Positions 26,140 through 32,639 of a stretch of 55,794 nucleotides of DNA are shown here, piece by piece; position 1 is the stretch's first letter; each line of letters opens with the position of its first letter. This DNA is from a virus. The position numbers and the translations under genes were made by a program. The notes beneath the pieces were generated by a model, which was not told the origin of the DNA, did not search any database, and was given only the letters and a program-made list of their open reading frames with translations. The stretch is taken from the IMG/VR virus record IMGVR_UViG_3300045988_069429; one strand, written 5' to 3'.

Positions 26140-26211
26140 CTACCCCTGTGGGATTTGAACCCACGATACAGGAATCAAAATCCTGTGCCTTGACCACTTG
26201 GCTAAGGGGCA
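26140..26211 (-). tRNA. tRNA-Gln(UUG)
   Basis: TGCCCCT/AGGGGTA acceptor (U1-A72, G73 as in bacterial tRNA-Gln), CAGGA-TTTTGAT-TCCTG anticodon arm, GTGGG-TTCAAAT-CCCAC T-arm. Confidence 0.9.
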
Positions 26212-26216
26212 ATATG

Positions 26217-26387
26217 CTATTCTTTTGTTTCAAAGAGTACTGCATTTTTATTTGCTGTTTCAAGCTCTGTGAAGTTATCCTTGCCTTTTACAACATTTGG
26301 ATTGCCATTACAGGCATTACAAGGCTTTTCACAATATAACTTATGTCTATGTTTGCACTGGTAACAGTGCTTATCCTGATTACCCAT
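26217..26387 (-). CDS. Small Cys-rich protein (56 aa)
   Basis: The ATG overlaps the MazG stop (TAATG). Hand translation: MGNQDKHCYQCKHRHKLYCEKPCNACNGNPNVVKGKDNFTELETANKNAVLFETKE. Confidence 0.5.
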   Translation of the reverse strand: MGNQDKHCYQCKHRHKLYCEKPCNACNGNPNVVKGKDNFTELETANKNAVLFETKE

Positions 26388-26803
26388 TATTTATCACCTG
26401 CCTGTCTGTGATTAGCTCTGTAAGTGTCAAAACCGTCCGGATAACGTGCTATAAGTTTATCTATGTTTGTCTGCATTACATCATCAAGATTAAAACCGCA
26501 AGCTTCACAAATCATAGCAACGTACCATAAAACATCGCCACACTCTTTCTTAAGATGTTCTAAGTCTATGCCTTTTTCGTGGAATATGCCCTTTTTAACG
26601 AGGTCTGATACCTCGCCAGCTTCGCCGGTTAAACCTAAGACACCATTAAGAAGTCCTGCTATGTCATTTATGTTGCTACACTTAGCATTGCTTTCTGCTA
26701 GAGGGCTAAGCGAAAACTTACCAGTTAATTCAGTAATTAATCTATGATGAGCCTTTTTATCGTTAGTACGCATAGCCAATTTTTGGTATTCATTGCCCTG
26801 CAT
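26387..26803 (-). CDS. mazG: MazG-like nucleoside triphosphate pyrophosphohydrolase
   Basis: EYQKLAMRT...GLTGEAGEVSDLVKK...ECGDVLWYVAMICEACGFNLDDVMQTNIDKL contains the EAGE and EExGDxLWY MazG motifs. Confidence 0.8.
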   Translation of the reverse strand: MQGNEYQKLAMRTNDKKAHHRLITELTGKFSLSPLAESNAKCSNINDIAGLLNGVLGLTGEAGEVSDLVKKGIFHEKGIDLEHLKKECGDVLWYVAMICEACGFNLDDVMQTNIDKLIARYPDGFDTYRANHRQAGDK

Positions 26804-27321
26804 TTATAGCTCCTAACTCTTTTTTATTTTTAAAATTTTTTTGGAATTTATTCAGCCGACTAGCTGATTCTCTGATGTGTTTATTGAATATCTTGTGATT
26901 AATTAATATGTGTCTATTATACACCTAATTAGCTTAAATGTATAGATGTTAATTGGATTATTTTTAATTAAATATATAAGTGATTTATTAGTATTAATTA
27001 TATGATTAATGGCTAGGTATTATTTATATATAATTATATAATATGTGTATTATGTGGGTAATAATAATATAAATATATATTAATATATAAAGCCTTTTTC
27101 TTGTCGTGGAAAAATGAGTGACTTAGTTGGGGCGTGTTCCGAGGACAAATAAACCCCCTCCGCCCTTGTCCGTGTAATTGTGTCTATTTTACGCCATATT
27201 CTCAAACAATTAACACAATTAACACCATATCCATACTATAACGCCGATAAACCTTAATTTATCAGCGTTATATAAATACTTATTACTCACAAACCCAGTA
27301 TTTAAGCGGTTTGCAAGCTGT

Positions 27322-28008
27322 TTAAATTGTGTCTGAATTGTTTACAGCGTTTATCTGCTGTTTATCGGTTAATTGTGTATTATTTTGGTTTAATTGCTGG
27401 CGTATTTCTGCGGCTGTAAGAGGTGTTTTGCTGGTGTTTTCTCTACTAACGCCGGGAAGATTCCAACCAAAGCGGCGATTCATAACCGCAAGTTGCCCGA
27501 CTGGATTCTTGCCAGACCAGAGCCGTGCCTCTCCACTAGATTCATAATCTTTTGACAATTTTTCCCACAAATCGTAAGCCGAAGTACTTAGTTTTGATGC
27601 TCTCTTCTCATTAGCCCAATCATATATAACAGTTTCATTTATGCCGGTTAATTTACAATATCCCGATATAGTACATATTTTATTATACTTATAACACATA
27701 TATATATAATAATCTGCTATATAATTAAGATACTCATAATTATAACTATTACAATTACTATTATTTATATTACTATATTGATTATTATAATTATTATTAT
27801 TATATCCCTGTAATTTACCCTTTAATTTTAACCTATTAGTGCCTTTAAAAGTATTGTTATATACATAAATCAAGGCGGCATAAAAAAGGGATTGCGGAGC
27901 CGCTGCAATATCTTTAATGTTTTCATCTTTGCAAAATCTTTTGAAATACATATCAATTTCATTTTCAAAAATTTCTTGACTTTCTGGTGCTTCCTGTACT
28001 TTCTCCAT
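27322..28008 (-). CDS. Terminase small subunit with an Asn/Tyr-rich low-complexity insertion
   Basis: The C-terminal half ISGYCKLTGINETVIYDWANE...SGKNPVGQLAVMNRRFGW matches the HTH plus NPxGxIFxLKNxFGW pattern of Terminase_2-type TerS. Confidence 0.6.
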   Translation of the reverse strand: MEKVQEAPESQEIFENEIDMYFKRFCKDENIKDIAAAPQSLFYAALIYVYNNTFKGTNRLKLKGKLQGYNNNNYNNQYSNINNSNCNSYNYEYLNYIADYYIYMCYKYNKICTISGYCKLTGINETVIYDWANEKRASKLSTSAYDLWEKLSKDYESSGEARLWSGKNPVGQLAVMNRRFGWNLPGVSRENTSKTPLTAAEIRQQLNQNNTQLTDKQQINAVNNSDTI

Positions 28009-28159
28009 CTGTTCCCCTTTCTGCTGAAGCTTATCCAGCTAATTATATTATTAATACAAATAAAAACACCCAATAACTATTATATAATTATCGGGTGTAA
28101 ATCTTATATATTTAATTATTAAAATAATATAGCATAAATATATTATAAAGTCAATCGTC

Positions 28160-28654
28160 TTAAAATTCGTATCCCTTCATTCTTCCCGCTAAAGTAGGGG
28201 TAAAATGTGTATTATATTTATCGTCAAAATCTTGAATATATTTTATTATATCCTTATCAAATTGTTCCATAACTTCTTCAGTTTTCTCCTCGGCTTCCTC
28301 GTATGTCATTCCCTCTAGCTCGTAAAGATAATCGTTAGATGTATCATCATCAAAACTGTAAGTGTATTCTATTCTCGGCAATCCTGCCTTGCTTAAATAG
28401 TCATTAATGCTCTCTCCTGTTGAGCAGTTGCTTAGCAACTCCCCAATCGTCTCGGCATCACCGGACTCAGCGCGAAAAACGCTGCTTCTGTTCCTATGGA
28501 TATAGTGCCTATCTCCGCACAATCGTACTATTGCTTGTGCCTGTTCTTCTGTAGCACCATTAAGCACAGCTAATTCAGCGTTTTCATAGCTCTTCCTCTG
28601 CGCGTAAATCTCTTTGCCTTCGCGCATTTCTTTTGTTATTTCCATAACATTCAC
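28160..28654 (-). CDS. Acidic hypothetical early protein
   Basis: ORF with an RBS. The C-terminal half is D/E-rich. Confidence 0.5.
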   Translation of the reverse strand: MNVMEITKEMREGKEIYAQRKSYENAELAVLNGATEEQAQAIVRLCGDRHYIHRNRSSVFRAESGDAETIGELLSNCSTGESINDYLSKAGLPRIEYTYSFDDDTSNDYLYELEGMTYEEAEEKTEEVMEQFDKDIIKYIQDFDDKYNTHFTPTLAGRMKGYEF

Positions 28655-28667
28655 CTTTTAACCTTTC

Positions 28668-28871
28668 TTAATTGTTTTCTTTTTCGCATTCAAACCCGAA
28701 TAAAATATCATTCGCCAGCTCTTCGCTTATTTCTTCCTCTGCGATTGGCTTTCTGTTCTCTGCTCCGATTATTTCGTCAAGACTTGCGTCTATATCAGCA
28801 AGTGCCTTTTCGCTGTCAAATCCAAGCTCAACAACCTTGTTCAATAATTCAATAGTTTTCATATTGCCCAC
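28668..28871 (-). CDS. Small strongly acidic early protein
   Basis: GTG start after GAAAGG. About 18 D/E residues in 67 aa. First gene behind the promoter at 28912-28940. Confidence 0.5.
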   Translation of the reverse strand: MGNMKTIELLNKVVELGFDSEKALADIDASLDEIIGAENRKPIAEEEISEELANDILFGFECEKENN

Positions 28872-28911
28872 CTTTCAGCGTTTCCGCTGTCCTTTCTTTT
28901 AATGTATCTTA

Positions 28912-28940
28912 AGTATATACCAATAGTGTTACATTGTCAA
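28912..28940 (-). promoter_or_regulatory. Promoter TTGACA-17 nt-TATACT with the upstream AAAAAGGGTG motif
   Basis: The reverse complement of 28935-28940 is TTGACA and of 28912-28917 is TATACT. Confidence 0.6.
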
Positions 28941-28958
28941 CACCCTTTTTAGTGTTAT

Positions 28959-29186
28959 TTAAAAATATTTTATTTTTTCGTCGTTGGTTGGTACTATCTC
29001 TAAAATGTCGTTTGGCTGGCATCTTAATATAATACATAATGTATTTAAAGTTTTTGTATTAATGTCACTCCTGTTTCTTAGATTCTGCATTGTGCTTTCA
29101 CTTAATATCTTCTCTTTCCTCATTCTGTTAGCGGTGTAGCCACGCTGTGCCAGCTCTTTTAATACATCTATTTTATATGTAATCAT
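28959..29186 (-). CDS. XRE/Cro-type HTH regulator
   Basis: LKELAQRGYTANRMRKEKILSESTMQNLRNRSDINTKTLNTLCIILRCQPNDILE. It is divergent from the plus-strand cassette. Confidence 0.7.
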   Translation of the reverse strand: MITYKIDVLKELAQRGYTANRMRKEKILSESTMQNLRNRSDINTKTLNTLCIILRCQPNDILEIVPTNDEKIKYF

Positions 29187-29271
29187 TTACAAGCTCCTTT
29201 CTGTTTTGTTTTTACTATTATATATAAAATATTGCAGTTTTGCAACACTTAAAAACAAAATTTAAAAACAT

Positions 29272-29311
29272 CTTAAAAGGTGTTGACATACACCTTAAAA
29301 GGTGTTATTAT
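29272..29311 (+). promoter_or_regulatory. Promoter TTGACA-17 nt-TATTAT overlapped by two 13-nt direct repeats CTTAAAAGGTGTT
   Basis: TTGACA at 29283-29288 and TATTAT at 29306-29311. Repeats at 29272-29284 and 29294-29306 (22-nt spacing). Confidence 0.65.
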
Positions 29312-29420
29312 TAAGCTACAAAATAAATAAGGCGGTCACTCCTACCAAGAACGAACCGCCACCAATCAAAAAAGAAAGGTAAGCCGATTATATCACAATC
29401 GGCGAAAAGGTACAAGAATT

Positions 29421-29753
29421 ATGAAAAAATTAACAATTGCAGAAAAGAGAGAAAAAGAGCTAAGAAGAGCAACAGAAACATACAATATTGAATATGATAT
29501 TGCTAAAAAATTGATAAATCGCTTCTACAGACTGAATGCAGACCTTGACAGGTTATCATATTTAGAAAACGAGGAAAGAACTTGCAACAGAAGAAGCACA
29601 AAAGAACTTTCCGAAAGCTGTGACAGGCGAATTGATAAATTAAATAAAGATTTAGAGCCTTACGGCTTAGCACTGGATAGCTTTAGTCACTTAATGACTA
29701 TTGTAGTAAAAGGCACTACAAGGACAGCAATAGAAAGTTTTTATTATAACTAA
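29421..29753 (+). CDS. Hypothetical protein (charged, helical)
   Basis: First ORF of the plus-strand cassette. Confidence 0.55.
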   Translation: MKKLTIAEKREKELRRATETYNIEYDIAKKLINRFYRLNADLDRLSYLENEERTCNRRSTKELSESCDRRIDKLNKDLEPYGLALDSFSHLMTIVVKGTTRTAIESFYYN

Positions 29754-29767
29754 GGAGGCACCAAAAA

Positions 29768-29917
29768 ATGAAAATAGGCGACAAAATTATTTATGGCAAT
29801 GAGATAGAATGCACTTTTAAAAAGTACGAAATAATCAAGAATGGCGAGGTTATAATATACGCCGATTGCAAAGGTGGTGCAATTATAGCACCTTGGGAAA
29901 TGTTTAAAAAAGCATAG
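29768..29917 (+). CDS. Small hypothetical protein (49 aa)
   Basis: RBS AAGGAGG 8 nt upstream. Hand translation: MKIGDKIIYGNEIECTFKKYEIIKNGEVIIYADCKGGAIIAPWEMFKKA. Confidence 0.55.
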   Translation: MKIGDKIIYGNEIECTFKKYEIIKNGEVIIYADCKGGAIIAPWEMFKKA

Positions 29918-30007
29918 CCGAAACGCTCCAGAGTGGAGCGTCAGCCGCGGACCGGTCGCCGTGGCTCTGATGATGGTAGACCGCACAATGAAAGGATGAT
30001 TGATTAT

Positions 30008-30274
30008 ATGACAATTTATAAAACCACAGATTACTTTAATATTACGAAAGAAGAAGCAAGCAAGATTTGCAATGGATATGATACACGAGAAGAAGCAAAA
30101 GTTTTAGATTCTGGACTTGAGCATTTTTTCTTTGAAACCTTAGAATGTCTTACGGAGGAATATAATTCCAAAGAACGCAAGGAATATACTGAGAAAAAAG
30201 GCTATGAAGTAATTCTATTTGAATTTGTAGCAGACAATGGCAATCATAATAAATATTGTATGGTATTTAGATAG
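30008..30274 (+). CDS. Hypothetical protein
   Basis: The track ORF starts at GTG 29933 inside GC-rich hairpins. An ATG at 30008 (MTIYKTTDYF...) is more plausible, so the start is uncertain. Confidence 0.45.
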   Translation: MTIYKTTDYFNITKEEASKICNGYDTREEAKVLDSGLEHFFFETLECLTEEYNSKERKEYTEKKGYEVILFEFVADNGNHNKYCMVFR

Positions 30275-30354
30275 GAGGGTTAATACTATGACAAACGAAA
30301 CAGCAGAACAGAGAACGAAAAGAAAAGGCGAAAAGTTGAAAAAATCGCATAATT

Positions 30355-30396
30355 AGCAAGGTTGACACTTCCGGGGTTCGATTCCCCGGCTTGCTA
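30355..30396 (+). other. tRNA-like minihelix (acceptor-like stem plus canonical T-arm, no D or anticodon arms)
   Basis: AGCAAG-gttgacactt-CCGGGG-TTCGATT-CCCCGG-CTTGCT-A. Confidence 0.5.
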
Positions 30397-30403
30397 AAAT
30401 AAA

Positions 30404-30432
30404 AGAGAGGAAGTACAATATACTTCCTCTCT
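30404..30432. terminator. 12-bp perfect hairpin; the U-tract lies on the minus-strand side and an A-tract on the plus side
   Basis: agagaggaagta-caata-tacttcctctct, preceded by aaaataaa. Confidence 0.5.
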
Positions 30433-30529
30433 TACCATTCAAAATAGCACTTGTCCTAAAAATATACAACAACAAATGTCTTTGTTATAATAGCATATAA
30501 AATATAAAAAGTAAAGGAGATTTAAAAAG

Positions 30530-31252
30530 ATGGCAGGATATTATAAAAATCAAATGAGTAACAACGCCGTTTGGGCGTATTCGCAAGGTGAAAAACCTAT
30601 GTATAAGTGGACTAAAACCACTATTTTGGAAGAGATAGATAACATTTTTTGGCACGCTGATGAAAAAACAGAAATAGATTTTAAAAAAATGACATTAAAA
30701 GAATTGAAAGAGAATTTTCTGGTGTGGTCTTCCTGGCATCATACAGGAAAAAATTACAATGAAACAGATTTTTATTGTATAGAAGAAAGTGCAGTACTAA
30801 ACTTTACAGTTAAAGAATTCGATAAAATTATATCTAACAGAAAAAAGAAAACGTATACGAGAAGAACTGCGGCAGAGTTAGAACAGATTAAAGCAGAAAA
30901 AGAAAAAGATATATTGCTTACTGAGAGAAGCGAAGAACTTTATAGAAAATTATATATAATTTATATATATAAATCAGATTTAAAAACCTTTAAGGGTTTA
31001 ATAAACAGGTTTTTGAATGATAAAATAAATATAGAAAAGGATTTTGCCGAAAGTGTAGAAATCGCAAGGCAAAAAGAAGAGCACAGAATAAAATGCTGGC
31101 AAGGAGATGTAAACGACTGGCACAACAGAGAAGGAATTGTTGATTTGTATTATAAAGACATAAGTGTCTATGTCTTAAAAATGCGAGGAATTAAAGATTG
31201 TGATATGAATAAAAAGTTTTTGAAGCAGATAAAAACAAAATTAGCGAATTAG
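30530..31252 (+). CDS. Hypothetical protein (240 aa)
   Basis: RBS AAAGGAG. No motif recognised (contains WSSWHHTGKNYNETDFY). Confidence 0.55.
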   Translation: MAGYYKNQMSNNAVWAYSQGEKPMYKWTKTTILEEIDNIFWHADEKTEIDFKKMTLKELKENFLVWSSWHHTGKNYNETDFYCIEESAVLNFTVKEFDKIISNRKKKTYTRRTAAELEQIKAEKEKDILLTERSEELYRKLYIIYIYKSDLKTFKGLINRFLNDKINIEKDFAESVEIARQKEEHRIKCWQGDVNDWHNREGIVDLYYKDISVYVLKMRGIKDCDMNKKFLKQIKTKLAN

Positions 31253-31311
31253 CTTTTGGGGAGTGTACAGGTTGCGCCCTTTTGGCTTGCTCGATTCCAG
31301 CCGCAAGCATT

Positions 31312-31340
31312 AAGCATATATTTTTATATGCTTTTCTTTG
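31312..31340 (+). terminator. Rho-independent terminator of the plus-strand cassette
   Basis: aagcatata-tttt-tatatgctt followed by ttctttg. Confidence 0.75.
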
Positions 31341-31478
31341 CGTACCTTGAAAAATTAATATAATAATGCTATGCTTATATATAAGGCTTTTAGGTGTACA
31401 AGTGTACCCAATTGGGGCGGCGTGCGTTCTGGAAAATCCGCCAAAACTGGCGACAGCTTCCACAACTTGTAAGGGCAT

Positions 31479-31507
31479 ATTATACCCATTTTATACAACG
31501 CTGTTAA
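31479..31507 (-). promoter_or_regulatory. Promoter TTAACA-17 nt-TATAAT inside the ORF-poor region
   Basis: The reverse complement of 31502-31507 is TTAACA and of 31479-31484 is TATAAT. About 20 nt downstream of the predicted start is the hairpin UCGCCA-GUUU-UGGCGG followed by AUUUU (31431-31453). Confidence 0.45.
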
Positions 31508-31881
31508 AGACGTTTTAAGGCTGTTTTATTTTGTAGGCTTATAAATCTACACCGACACAATAAAACCGCCGCACAGGTCAAATCACAAAGTCACAAAGTC
31601 AAAACAAGCACGAACCGCAACCGGTCAAGTCTATATATAGTGCTTTACCATACTAAAGTTTTTCATCAATTTTTCAGGGCAAATCTGAACAAAATCGGGA
31701 ACAAAAATTGAAATTCTGTGTAACCGATTTTTGGATTTCAAAATTGCATATGACGGGGGTATCAAAATTTTTGCATTATATTTTTGTAGGAAAATTTTTT
31801 CAATTTTTTAAGTAGGATTTGAACGAAATCTGAAACGGATTTTGAAAATTGTCAAAATTAAAATTGCGAATATAAAAAGTT

Positions 31882-31925
31882 AACCCACGGGGGTAAAGAA
31901 AAACTTTACCTATATTCCGTGGGTT
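31882..31925. terminator. Nested bidirectional terminator directly after the cas5-like stop
   Basis: aacccacgg ... ccgtgggtt enclosing ggtaaag-aaaaa-ctttacc. T-runs lie on both sides. Confidence 0.7.
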
Positions 31926-31930
31926 TTAAA

Positions 31931-32629
31931 TTAGTTTATAAAAATAATCGGTTTATCATCATCAAAAAGATTACTAACAACTTCCTGTCCTTTATCCACT
32001 AAGTAACAAGGAACTTTCTGGAATCGTCTAAGACCTTTGATGATTTCATATTTGTTGTTAATTCTATATATAGTTCCTGCGAAATTGCCTTTATTAACAG
32101 GGATATAAGATTGCGTATCTAATGGAGCTGATATAGGCTTGTCAAGCTCATTAAGTTCTACAATATCTACCGCTTCAATCTTACATAAATCACCATATTC
32201 ACCTAATGATGGATATACCGGTGGGTTTAGTAACGCATGGCATATATCATCTATGTCACTATCATCAGCTTTGATGTATATAGTTGTGTATAAATCAACT
32301 AACATCAAATGATATTTAACTGTATTAACCCATCCGGTATGGCTTCCGTCTGTATAATCTGTTATAATATCCCAACGCTTAAGCATTTCATCGCTAACCT
32401 TGTTAAAACGCTTGCCGCCGTGCCATTCTTTCTGTGTTTTAGTGTTGTAAACACCTTTGCCAGTAACAAAATAATCTAATTTATGATACTTTTTCCATTG
32501 ACACATTGAATGAATAAATCCATTAACTGTGCTGAACGGCGGTAAAGGATAGCAATCCGCACCTCTTGGCGCTGATGGATTGTTAAATCTAGCCATTTCT
32601 TGATACATTTTCAACCTAATAACTCTCAT
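31931..32629 (-). CDS. cas5: Cas5-like protein (type I-B Cas5t/Cas5h-like), solitary
   Basis: Start at ATG 32629, 7 nt after GGAGG. MRVIRLKMYQEMARFNNPSAPRGADCYPLPPFSTVNGFIHSMC matches the Cas5 N-terminal signature (xxYPLPPxSTvxGxxhs). Later segments LMLVDLYTTIYIKADD...LLNPPVYPSLGEYGDLCKIEAVDIVEL and GTIYRINNKYE parallel clostridial I-B Cas5 (from memory, no search run). Confidence 0.7.
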   Translation of the reverse strand: MRVIRLKMYQEMARFNNPSAPRGADCYPLPPFSTVNGFIHSMCQWKKYHKLDYFVTGKGVYNTKTQKEWHGGKRFNKVSDEMLKRWDIITDYTDGSHTGWVNTVKYHLMLVDLYTTIYIKADDSDIDDICHALLNPPVYPSLGEYGDLCKIEAVDIVELNELDKPISAPLDTQSYIPVNKGNFAGTIYRINNKYEIIKGLRRFQKVPCYLVDKGQEVVSNLFDDDKPIIFIN

Positions 32630-32639
32630 AACAAAACCT

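Noticed and set aside
25908-26339. Track ORFs 25908-26120, 26063-26263 and 26148-26339
   Set aside because: They have TTG or GTG starts, overlap each other and tRNA-Gln, and lie in a hairpin-dense region. They are most likely artefacts of a structured RNA locus.
30355-30396. Minihelix as the functional attP of this phage
   Set aside because: The only integrase is a large serine recombinase 8 kb away, and that class does not usually target tRNA 3' ends. The 5' complementary strand is also not expected for a simple att core. The idea is kept only as an att-relic alternative.
31191-31478. 95-aa minus-strand ORF in the region beside cas5
   Set aside because: It runs through the plus-strand terminator hairpin and overlaps the 3' end of the convergent gene 30530-31252. 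It has no RBS, and its ATG lies inside the predicted -10/+1 region of a promoter. It is treated as non-coding.
31253-31930. A bona fide CRISPR array next to cas5
   Set aside because: There is no regular repeat-spacer periodicity. Only two degenerate copies about 134 nt apart were found, so no CRISPR feature is reported.
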